Source: a virus (lineage: Duplodnaviria > Caudoviricetes). Taken from it: a DNA stretch of 64,000 nt. Positions 47,753-56,316 of the stretch are shown piece by piece. The stretch covers positions 1 through 64,000 of IMG/VR virus record IMGVR_UViG_3300002026_000124. One strand, written 5' to 3'. The position numbers and the translations under genes are program-made. Each line of letters starts with the position of its first letter. Position 1 is the first letter of the stretch. The notes under the pieces were generated by a model. The model had not been told where the DNA came from. It saw only the letters and a program-made list of their open reading frames with translations, and did not search any database.

Positions 47753-48850
47753 TTGCACATGAACTCATTTTTAGAAAAAGTCGATTGGAATGTATTAAAT
47801 ACATATATCGACAATAGCTTAATTATCTCAAACAAGCATCCAGAATATGATATTTGGATTCTTAATTATTCGCCAAAGGTTCAGTCTAAGAAATTTTGGG
47901 ATGAATATACTTTGTCATGCCGTGGACTCGTTATTGATGCCGAAGGCAATATCTTAGCACGACCATTTCAAAAATTCAAGAACTATGAAGAATATGACCC
48001 ATCAGAATTCGATTGGTCTCAGGACTTCGATGTGTTTGAAAAAATGGATGGCTCATTAATTATCTTATTTTACTACGAACCACGTATGGAATGGATAATT
48101 GCGTCAAGGGGTTCTTTCGCATCTGAACAAGCGATTGAAGGAAGAAAAATGATTGAGTCTAATACATATAATCATTTAGACGTTAAAGAAACATATTTGT
48201 TCGAAATTCTGTATCCAGAAAATCGCATTGTTGTCGATTACGGTAATAGAAGAGAATTAGTATTATTAGGTAGAGTTAACACTTTAGATGGTTTTGAATT
48301 ATATTATGACGATTTAGTTTCAATGCATTCAAAATATTTTACCGTTGTAAAGAAATTTAATATTAAGTCTTTCGTTGAATTAAGAGAATTGATAACTAAG
48401 GGTGAAGAAAACAAAGAAGGATTTGTAATTAGGTTTTACAGTGGTTTAAGAATTAAGATGAAATTTGCTGAATATGTTAGACTACACGGAATCATAACAA
48501 ATGTCTCAAATCTAGTTGTTTGGGAACATTTGAGAGACAAATATGAATTTGATGAATTGCTTGATAGAGTACCTGACGAGTTTTATCAGTGGCTTAATAA
48601 AACAGTAGCAACATTAAATAATGAATTCTACAATATTGAGAGATTGGCGTTGAAGGAATTTATTAGGATTTATTATAATGACGACACTGTTATTCGTAAA
48701 GATTTTGCAATGGAAGCACAAAAAAGTGCTTATCGTTCAATTTTATTTAAAATTTACGATAAAAATAGTTACGATGAAATCATATGGAATATGATAAGAC
48801 CTGAATATAGTAAACCATTTAAGGATGGTTATGTAGATGAAACTTTATGA
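47753..48850 (+). CDS. RNA ligase, T4 Rnl1 family
   Basis: CRGL...ARPF.KF.N, EKMDGS (motif I), FEI..PENRIVV, EGFV and K.K motifs. Confidence 0.88.
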   Translation: MHMNSFLEKVDWNVLNTYIDNSLIISNKHPEYDIWILNYSPKVQSKKFWDEYTLSCRGLVIDAEGNILARPFQKFKNYEEYDPSEFDWSQDFDVFEKMDGSLIILFYYEPRMEWIIASRGSFASEQAIEGRKMIESNTYNHLDVKETYLFEILYPENRIVVDYGNRRELVLLGRVNTLDGFELYYDDLVSMHSKYFTVVKKFNIKSFVELRELITKGEENKEGFVIRFYSGLRIKMKFAEYVRLHGIITNVSNLVVWEHLRDKYEFDELLDRVPDEFYQWLNKTVATLNNEFYNIERLALKEFIRIYYNDDTVIRKDFAMEAQKSAYRSILFKIYDKNSYDEIIWNMIRPEYSKPFKDGYVDETL

Positions 48851-49935
48851 AAATGAATGTATTATCTCTCTTTGACGGAATGTCATGTGGTCAAATCGCT
48901 TTAAACCGAGCAGGGGTTGATTATGGAAACTATTATGCTTCCGAAATCGACCCCTTTGCTATTAAGGTAAGTCAACATAATTATCCCAATACCCAACAAT
49001 TGGGAAACGTGTTGAATGTTAAAAGCCAGGATTTACCTAAAATCGATTTATTAATTGGTGGTAGTCCATGTACCGGATTTAGTAAAGCTGGAAAACAATT
49101 GAATTTCGAAGACCCTCACAGCAAATTATTTTTTCAATTTGTTAGAATATTAAATGAAACCAAGCCAAAGCATTTTCTTTTAGAAAACGTTAAAATGAAG
49201 AAGGAATGGCAAGACGTAATTTCATCGTATCTTGGAGTAGAACCCATTTTAATTAACTCAAATCTAGTTAGTGCACAGAATCGCAGTCGATTATATTGGA
49301 CTAATATAAACATCGATAACGCATTATTAGATAAAGGCATATTAATTAAAGATATTACTGAAGATGGTGGTAATATAATATTGGAAGACTTTTATAAAAA
49401 TAGGGAAATAAGAATCTACGATAAAAAATGCCCGACCCTTAGAAGTGAAAGAAATGGATTAAAGGTCGTTAAAAATATTACTTTGTCTTCAATTTTAGAA
49501 ACTAATGTCAACGATAAAGAGTTTTTATTGACGGAAGAAAGCATCGTCAATAATGATATTGGGAAATTTAGAGACAATAAAATTGCCAAACAAGTTATGT
49601 TTACCGAAAGGCGAACTGAAGAAGCTAAAGCAATAAGAAGAGAATACCAATCAAAGTATGGAAAAGATTATTGCCCTAGAAGGGGTAAAGAATTAGTTCC
49701 ACGCACGGACGATAAAGCCAATTGTTTAACCACAGCATTAACTAAAGAACATATAATATTAGATGAAAATTATGTTTTCCGTAAACTAACACCATTAGAA
49801 TGTGAACGCTTGCAAACCGTGCCGGATAACTATACAAATGTGAGTGGCGTTAGTAATACTCAGCGATATAAAATGCTTGGAAATGGTTGGACAATCGATG
49901 TTATAGCATATTTATTATCTAACATTCAATTCTAA
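48847..49935 (+). CDS. DNA cytosine-C5 methyltransferase
   Basis: SLFDG, GGSPC, LLENV, Q.R.R.YW, LTP.ECERLQ and GNGW motifs. Confidence 0.93.
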   Translation: MKMNVLSLFDGMSCGQIALNRAGVDYGNYYASEIDPFAIKVSQHNYPNTQQLGNVLNVKSQDLPKIDLLIGGSPCTGFSKAGKQLNFEDPHSKLFFQFVRILNETKPKHFLLENVKMKKEWQDVISSYLGVEPILINSNLVSAQNRSRLYWTNINIDNALLDKGILIKDITEDGGNIILEDFYKNREIRIYDKKCPTLRSERNGLKVVKNITLSSILETNVNDKEFLLTEESIVNNDIGKFRDNKIAKQVMFTERRTEEAKAIRREYQSKYGKDYCPRRGKELVPRTDDKANCLTTALTKEHIILDENYVFRKLTPLECERLQTVPDNYTNVSGVSNTQRYKMLGNGWTIDVIAYLLSNIQF

Positions 49936-50015
49936 TTTTTACCCTATTTAGAATGATTAAGTTTAGTTAATCGTATAGTTTTTTGTATTTATAAGTACAA
50001 AAAACTATATAAATT

Positions 50016-51632
50016 ATGATACAAAAAACAAACACAGTTGCAAGTTGCACGTACACCTCTTCAGGTGACTATTCTACTTACACGAAAAACAAAGCGTTCG
50101 ATGGCAATTCTACTACTTATTGGGTCTCATTAAGTACCACTTCACCTAAAACTATTGGGATAACATTCCCATCAGTAAAGAAAATGGAATACTATGGAAT
50201 AAAAATTAAGGACACTGCAAATTATTCTATTGAAGAAAATGCACCAGTATCGTGGACATTACAAGTATTGGAAGGTGGTTCATGGTATACAATACACGAA
50301 GTAGTTGATTATTCAGGATTCGTGAGCAATGTAGAATCATTATTCCCAATTCCTGCTTTATCTACGCATAAAAATTATCAATTAGTAATCACCAAACAAA
50401 AGGGTTTAAGTAATCAAGTTATGATAACTGAAATTATTCTTTATGCTGATATGGATAAAATTGATACAAGTATTAATGCCGTTTATTCTTCAAGCGGGGA
50501 TTTTAGTGCAATATATAAAAAAGATTATGTTTTTGACAACTTTGTAACCCAAAATCAATGGGTATCTAGTTCATCTAGCACAAAATGGATACAGGTTGAT
50601 TTAACTAAAGGAGTATTTCCTACAACGCTTGGTTATAGAGTAACTCGTTATGGAATTCTCCCAGGGAATGTTATTGAATATTTAGACCGTGCTCCAAAAT
50701 CTTGGATATTGGAAGGTTATGTTGGTGGTGCTTGGGTTAAACTTGATGAAGTTACTGGATTTGATTCAGAAGATTTTGCAGATGATACTGAAGAACAATT
50801 TATAGTTGGTAATCCTAAGTTTGCAACTAAATATAGATTAACCATTACAGAAACTAACGGTGCTCCTGTAGTAAGTTTAAGAGCATTTACATTATATGAA
50901 CAACCAAATTTTGGCAATTTAGTTGGCGTTGGTAATGCAATTGTTAGTGGAATACCAAAACCTTTAATTTGTTGGATGCCAGAAACTCAACTTACATATA
51001 CAACATTACAGGTAATTAGAAAAGTATATAGTAATGAAACAGTTATTGCTACATTCCCTTATGCAGATAGAATGAAAGTTAAATCCTTTATTGACTCAAC
51101 ATATACCAATAATGGTCAAACATATCCTGCTACGTATTGGATTAAATTACTTGGATGCTCTGATGGACAAACACATGAAAGTATTCGTATTGAACCAAGC
51201 AGAATTGTTTCAACACCTACGTTCAATGGTACTGATTATATTTATACAGTTAGTTCTCCAATTCTTTATTCAATTGGTGGTATTGAAATACATAATAGAT
51301 TTAATAATGTTCAAAGTGTTACACTTATAAGTGGTTCAACAACGATGAATTCATCTGGGTCAACACAAATTTATGGAAGTACTACCGTAAAAACTTCAAA
51401 TGATAAGAAATCTTCATCAACAAGTACTGTTAGCTCAAAATCAAACATACCTGTAGATAAGTTAGCTGCGAGTACACATAATACTTCAAGGTCGAATAGA
51501 CAATCCACTACTGTTAGTACACATAATACTTCAAGGTCGAATAGACAGTCAACTACTGTTAGTTCAAGCCATGCTCCAAGAGGTCCTTATGTACACAGTC
51601 TCTCAAACTTAGAAGATAATAGATTAGAATAA
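50016..51632 (+). CDS. Tandem discoidin (F5/8 type C) carbohydrate-binding protein with Ser/Thr-rich tail
   Basis: Two AFDG/VFD...W...I...Y.I...P.SW.L repeats; GTATTTAT at 49985. Confidence 0.7.
   Translation: MIQKTNTVASCTYTSSGDYSTYTKNKAFDGNSTTYWVSLSTTSPKTIGITFPSVKKMEYYGIKIKDTANYSIEENAPVSWTLQVLEGGSWYTIHEVVDYSGFVSNVESLFPIPALSTHKNYQLVITKQKGLSNQVMITEIILYADMDKIDTSINAVYSSSGDFSAIYKKDYVFDNFVTQNQWVSSSSSTKWIQVDLTKGVFPTTLGYRVTRYGILPGNVIEYLDRAPKSWILEGYVGGAWVKLDEVTGFDSEDFADDTEEQFIVGNPKFATKYRLTITETNGAPVVSLRAFTLYEQPNFGNLVGVGNAIVSGIPKPLICWMPETQLTYTTLQVIRKVYSNETVIATFPYADRMKVKSFIDSTYTNNGQTYPATYWIKLLGCSDGQTHESIRIEPSRIVSTPTFNGTDYIYTVSSPILYSIGGIEIHNRFNNVQSVTLISGSTTMNSSGSTQIYGSTTVKTSNDKKSSSTSTVSSKSNIPVDKLAASTHNTSRSNRQSTTVSTHNTSRSNRQSTTVSSSHAPRGPYVHSLSNLEDNRLE
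51471..51560 (+). repeat. 45-nt in-frame tandem duplication (STHNTSRSNRQSTTV x2)
   Basis: Two copies with 2 synonymous differences. Confidence 0.9.
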
Positions 51633-51703
51633 ACTAAGTTAATTAAATAAAATGGGAAGCATGCTTCCCATTTTTTATTTAATTAAAAATAATTACAAGT
51701 TTT

Positions 51704-51746
51704 TGTAACATTTACTTGTTTTATTCGTATTTATGTCTTTACTTTG
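51704..51746 (+). promoter_or_regulatory. Promoter region of tRNA operon 3
   Basis: TGTAACA-N15-CGTAT variant (51704-30) and near-consensus CTTG-N20-TTACTTTG (51715-46). Confidence 0.55.
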
Positions 51747-51782
51747 CACTCAGAAATCAAAACATATTAAAAAATTAAAGCA

Positions 51783-51875
51783 ATGAAAATTTTTGGCACA
51801 TATTATTACGGTAAAAAATCTTATAAGAAACATCTTACGAGAATCGGGAATGTTATGTCCAAAAAGCAAAAATAA
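51783..51875 (+). CDS. Attenuator leader peptide 3, MKIFGTYYYGKKSYKKHLTRIGNVMSKKQK
   Basis: Hand translation; YYYGKKSYKK run matches the downstream Lys/Tyr tRNAs. Confidence 0.85.
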   Translation: MKIFGTYYYGKKSYKKHLTRIGNVMSKKQK

Positions 51876-51902
51876 GCAATGATTTTTGCATAAAGCACAG
51901 AG

Positions 51903-51930
51903 ACCCGATTCGAAAGATTCGGGTTTTTTT
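51903..51930 (+). terminator. Attenuator terminator 3
   Basis: acccgattc-GAAA-gattcgggt plus T-run; leader 51841-48 is complementary to 51904-11. Confidence 0.85.
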
Positions 51931-51937
51931 GTTTTTA

Positions 51938-52011
51938 GACCTCTTAGCTCAATTGGTAGATGCACCACCCTTTTAAGGTGGGGGTTCTGGGTTCAAGTCC
52001 CAGAGGGGTCA
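51938..52011 (+). tRNA. tRNA-Lys(TTT)
   Basis: Stem ccacc/ggtgg, loop CTTTTAA. Confidence 0.92.
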
Positions 52012-52016
52012 CAAAT

Positions 52017-52106
52017 GAGAGTACGGCAACGAGTGGTGTTGCGCAGAGGCGCATAATCTCTGTCCCAGTGGGGTGAACATAGGTGGTTCGAATCCATCTG
52101 CTCTCA
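52017..52106 (+). tRNA. Non-canonical tRNA-CAT (G33, 6-bp anticodon stem, long variable arm)
   Basis: Acceptor gagagta/tgctctc, loop CGCATAA. Confidence 0.55.
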
Positions 52107-52111
52107 CAAAT

Positions 52112-52192
52112 GCCAGTATTGAACAGGTGGTGAGTTTAAGACTCTGTAAAAGTCTCGCTTCGGCTGTGTAGGTTCGATTCCTGCTGCTGGCA
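52112..52192 (+). tRNA. tRNA-Tyr(GTA)
   Basis: Stem agact/agtct, loop CTGTAAA, variable arm. Confidence 0.88.
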
Positions 52193-52246
52193 CTTACGGT
52201 AGAGTTTAGGCAATTTCTGTACCCAACGTAACTGAAATATCCATAC

Positions 52247-52317
52247 GCACCCGTAGCAAAGGGGATATGCCTCTGGCTTTTAACCAGATGACACAGGTTC
52301 GATTCCTGTCGGGTGCA
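52247..52317 (+). tRNA. tRNA-Lys(TTT)
   Basis: Stem tctgg/ccaga, loop CTTTTAA. Confidence 0.88.
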
Positions 52318-52372
52318 CTTTTAGGGTTTTTTACTACTTTTTAAGTCCAATGTCCCAATAAAAAGTAGACAA

Positions 52373-52457
52373 GTATTCGTAGCAAAGTGGTTATGCTCCT
52401 GCCTTTTAAGCAGAGTGTCTAAACAACACAACGTGGGTTCGATTCCCACCGAATACA
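52373..52457 (+). tRNA. tRNA-Lys(TTT) with long variable arm
   Basis: Loop CTTTTAA, extra arm gtgt...acac. Confidence 0.8.
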
Positions 52458-52462
52458 CAAAT

Positions 52463-52545
52463 GGACAGGTGGGTGAGTGGTTAAAACCGCCAGACTGTAA
52501 ATCTGGTAGCTTCGGCTTTCGGGGGTTCGAATCCCTCCCTGTCCA
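52463..52545 (+). tRNA. tRNA-Tyr(GTA)
   Basis: Canonical; ccaga CTGTAAA tctgg. Confidence 0.95.
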
Positions 52546-52552
52546 CAAATAT

Positions 52553-52795
52553 ATGATTATGGAAACACTAAAAGAAATTGTGAATGGAACTATGGCTAAA
52601 CTAAGCCATATATGCAATGGTAAAGCGTATTATAGAATTGATAATGAGAATCATTCTTATCAACTTGAAATTAATTGCAATGATGCTGAATGGAAAGATG
52701 TGTATATCTATCCTGAAATCAAAGCAATTACATTAATGAGGTGGATACGCAAGGGTATTGAAAAACAGGATGACACATTCATCGTGTTGAAATAG
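52553..52795 (+). CDS. Hypothetical protein
   Basis: Start moved downstream of tRNA-Tyr. Confidence 0.55.
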   Translation: MIMETLKEIVNGTMAKLSHICNGKAYYRIDNENHSYQLEINCNDAEWKDVYIYPEIKAITLMRWIRKGIEKQDDTFIVLK

Positions 52796-52801
52796 GCTCA
52801 A

Positions 52802-52873
52802 GCACTCGTGGCAGAATGGCGATGCTACTCCCTCTTAAGGAGACCAATAGGGGTTCGATTCCCTTCGGGTGCA
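52802..52873 (+). tRNA. tRNA-Lys(CTT)
   Basis: Loop CTCTTAA, acceptor gcactcg/cgggtgc. Confidence 0.85.
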
Positions 52874-52878
52874 CAATT

Positions 52879-53385
52879 TTATTCTACAAAGTCTTCGTAA
52901 TACCGAATCAATTGGTTCTCGGTTTCAAAGTACCTGATTTTATCATTATCTGGTGTATAATTAACCATTTCTCTGCCTTTAATTACTAATCCATCATATC
53001 CTAATCTTAACATTTCATCATTAACATTTGTGTTTGTATCAAAATCTCTTTTCGCATCAAAATAATCGTCAATTCCCTTTTCTCTACCATAATTCATCGC
53101 AAGTCGTTGTATAAACATTTCAGCATCATTCAAAGTATTAACAATTTTTGGATGTTTCGGTATTGCTCCGACAACAAAATATACTTTACCATACTTTCTT
53201 GCTAATCCACGATTACTTAATGCTGCGGTATATAGACCCTGACCAAATGAAGCCATTCCATTATTTTCTTTACCTAATTCTTGGACACCTCTAATAGTTA
53301 CATTTTGTCTTTTCCACCTGAGATATTCAGATTGATTAAAATTATTGATTTCCTCATTAATAATTTTAGCGATATTATCATTCAT
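52879..53385 (-). CDS. Hypothetical protein with I-x-EE-I N-terminal motif
   Basis: MNDNIAKIINEEINNF; FGQGLYT...A..YG and GYDG.V motifs reminiscent of ART-like folds. Confidence 0.55.
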   Translation of the reverse strand: MNDNIAKIINEEINNFNQSEYLRWKRQNVTIRGVQELGKENNGMASFGQGLYTAALSNRGLARKYGKVYFVVGAIPKHPKIVNTLNDAEMFIQRLAMNYGREKGIDDYFDAKRDFDTNTNVNDEMLRLGYDGLVIKGREMVNYTPDNDKIRYFETENQLIRYYEDFVE

Positions 53386-53563
53386 TGATATTACTTTTCA
53401 ATAAATACATTCTAAATACAATCAATTATAGTTTTTATTTAGATTATTATAATATGTTTAATAGCATGTTTTAGAATTATTTATTGATTTTTTTTGGCGG
53501 TTTAAATTATTTACCATAATTTTGTCTTCGAATTCAAGTACAAAACTTGGATTATATAAATAT

Positions 53564-55216
53564 ATGATAAATAAAACTCCGGGCGAAATTGCTGAAGTAC
53601 AGTACGCAATCGCCACAGACGAACATCTTTATGATGTTACCCCAAATCCCCGTTATTTAGAATCTCTTCGTGACACTGGTTACGACAATTATCAGGCAAT
53701 TGCCGATATTGTTGACAACTCAGTTGATGCTATCGTTTCTATGGATAGCAATCCAAATCCATTCATTAAAATTCTCACTAAATTTTCCGATAAAGGAAAG
53801 GGTAGAATTTTAATCATCGACAATGGTAGTGGTATGGTTAAAGAAACACTTATTGAAGCATTAAAACTTGGTTCGGAAACCCACAAAGAACGTGAAACTG
53901 AATTAGGATTTTTTGGTGTTGGTTTAAATGCTGCAACCGTTTCAATGGGTCGTGGTTTTAAAGTGATTACCAAACACGCTGACGATACCTATCTTACCGG
54001 TATATTCGATTTGGACAGAGCCATTAAAGAGGAATCTTGGAAATTTGTTTCCATTGAAGAATCTGACGATGACGACATTAAGTCATTTGTGAAATTAACG
54101 AATGATGCACCAACGGGAACAATTATTGAGATTTATAGTCTCGACAGAATTTCGAATCATCAGAAATCTCAGTTCGATGAAATTCTTTTAAAAACAATTG
54201 GAAGAGTTTATCGTTATTTCATTAGCGAAAATAGTAATGGAAATAACAGCGATGGGAAAATTGCTTTTTATTTGAATGATAAAAGAATCAGAAAAATCGA
54301 CCAAATGGGTAGAGAATTGAAGGGGACAAAACTCCTTAACGAAAATCAACCCGAACAAAAATATCAATTCAATATCGATGGGGAATTGATTGAGGTTATT
54401 GTAAAATATTATTATGTTGACAGTGAAATTGAAACTGTCTATCCTTCCGAAAAACTCAATGGTAGGTCTAATGGTTTTTACGTTATGCGTAATGAACGTC
54501 AAATTATGGAAGCCGAAAGACTTGACTTTTCAGGTATTGATAAATCATCGGGTCACCATACCAATTTCCGTGCAGAAATTCTTTTCGATGGTAAATTTGA
54601 CCATATCTTCAAAACAAATGTAATGAAGAATAGGATTATTATGCCACAGCAATTAACGGATAAAATGCAGTCGGATGTCAGCAATTACGTTAAATATGCT
54701 AAAGAGGAAAGGGAAAAGAATGCTCCGATAAACGAAGATGTTGACGAAAATGTGAAAAAAGATGTTGAAAGCATCGTTAACAGTAAAAACAAATCTTTAA
54801 GCACCCCAACTCTTTTAAGAGATAAGAAAGGCAATCTTATTAAAAAGGAGGAAGTAATTACCGATGCTCCGGAAGAAAACGATGTAAAAAGAGACCGTAA
54901 AAAGGAAGAAAATCCTAGGAAACCGAAAACGAAATATAAAATCGATGTCGATTTCGTCCACAATGGTGAAAGCGGTTCGTTTTACGTTCCTCGTCATATG
55001 GGTGGTGGTAAATATTTACTTCGCATTAACCTTGACCACGGATTCTACACTGAATTTGAAAAATTAAACCGTCAGGGTAGAGAATTCATCATCAATTTAC
55101 TTCACTCATATGCACTCGCAGCTCACAGCGAGATATATAGCGAAGATTTAGATACAATTGACGAACTAATCAATACTTGGAGTAATTTCCTACGTAGAGA
55201 TTTAAAGAACAATTAA
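53564..55216 (+). CDS. GHKL (MORC/Hsp90-like) ATPase
   Basis: AIADIVDNSVDA, IIDNGSGM, LGFFGVGL and GTII Bergerat-fold motifs. Confidence 0.85.
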   Translation: MINKTPGEIAEVQYAIATDEHLYDVTPNPRYLESLRDTGYDNYQAIADIVDNSVDAIVSMDSNPNPFIKILTKFSDKGKGRILIIDNGSGMVKETLIEALKLGSETHKERETELGFFGVGLNAATVSMGRGFKVITKHADDTYLTGIFDLDRAIKEESWKFVSIEESDDDDIKSFVKLTNDAPTGTIIEIYSLDRISNHQKSQFDEILLKTIGRVYRYFISENSNGNNSDGKIAFYLNDKRIRKIDQMGRELKGTKLLNENQPEQKYQFNIDGELIEVIVKYYYVDSEIETVYPSEKLNGRSNGFYVMRNERQIMEAERLDFSGIDKSSGHHTNFRAEILFDGKFDHIFKTNVMKNRIIMPQQLTDKMQSDVSNYVKYAKEEREKNAPINEDVDENVKKDVESIVNSKNKSLSTPTLLRDKKGNLIKKEEVITDAPEENDVKRDRKKEENPRKPKTKYKIDVDFVHNGESGSFYVPRHMGGGKYLLRINLDHGFYTEFEKLNRQGREFIINLLHSYALAAHSEIYSEDLDTIDELINTWSNFLRRDLKNN

Positions 55217-55341
55217 ATTCCGATAATCAATAAGAAGCCGAGAAAATATCTCGGCTTTTTTATTTAAAATCACTATTGCATTTTAATTTTAATTAATTTA
55301 TATTTGCTAAAAATAACTTTAAAGCATAAGCAATATGAAAA

Positions 55342-56100
55342 ATGACTAATAAAAAAAGGAAGGTAACTACTACTGTTACGACAACTGTTACCGAAGAAAT
55401 TATTAAAATAACCTCAAACGAAAAAACTCACATTATCTGTATTTTAGACCAAAGTGGTTCGATGTCAAATATTATGTCGGACAGTATTGGTGGTTTCAAT
55501 GCATTCCTTAAAAAGCAAAAAGAATTACCTGATGAAGCAACTATTACCGTTGCATTATTTGATGATAAATATAAACTGCTTTATGATAATATTGATATTA
55601 AAAAAGCAGAAGAACTTACAAGTGCAGTTTGGTATCCACAGGGGATGACAGCACTTTATGATGCGATTGGTAAAACAATCAATGTCGAGAAAAGAAATTT
55701 TGAAATACTTGGAAACGAAGCACCTGCAAAAGTATTGTGTGTTATTGTAACCGATGGTGAAGAAAATAGTAGTAAAGAATATAAATTAGAAGATGTTAAA
55801 AAATTAATTAAATCTTGTGAAAAAGATAACTGGAACTTCATGTATTTAGCTGCGAATCAAGATGCGTTTGCTGTTGGAACAAGTTTTGGTGTAAGTGCTG
55901 GAAATACATTTAATTATACTGCAAGTGCTGCTGGTGTTGCAAATATGTCAGCGACACTGAATAATGCGAGTGTAAGCTATAGGTCAATGAGTAGCACATC
56001 AGATAATTTTCAGAAATTGTCTAAGAAATTAATTGATGATAAGGACGATGATGTAATAAAAGATGTTATCACGACAAGTGGTACATTCACAATTAAATAA
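55342..56100 (+). CDS. vWA domain protein
   Basis: MIDAS DQSGSM, TALYDAIG, IVTDGEENSS. Confidence 0.85.
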   Translation: MTNKKRKVTTTVTTTVTEEIIKITSNEKTHIICILDQSGSMSNIMSDSIGGFNAFLKKQKELPDEATITVALFDDKYKLLYDNIDIKKAEELTSAVWYPQGMTALYDAIGKTINVEKRNFEILGNEAPAKVLCVIVTDGEENSSKEYKLEDVKKLIKSCEKDNWNFMYLAANQDAFAVGTSFGVSAGNTFNYTASAAGVANMSATLNNASVSYRSMSSTSDNFQKLSKKLIDDKDDDVIKDVITTSGTFTIK

Positions 56101-56316
56101 ATTTTTCTGTTTTGTTTCTATTTTGTTTTTTGGGGGGGTGTTGACAAACACCCCTTTTTTATTGATTAAAATTTTTTATAATTTAGCTAAAAGTTTGTTA
56201 CATAATTACTTAAAATTTATTTAATTATTTTTCCGAAAATTTCTCAAAGTCGTTGTATTTATTATGGCAAATGAATATATTTGTATCTATAATTTTACGA
56301 AATCTTAAATTTTATT

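Noticed and set aside
51471-51560. DGR template/variable repeat pair
   Set aside because: Adjacent in-frame duplication with synonymous changes; no reverse transcriptase in the window.
51750-51968. 72-aa minus-strand ORF (also 61993-62199)
   Set aside because: Antisense to the leader/terminator or promoter; the plus-strand leader explains the sequence better.
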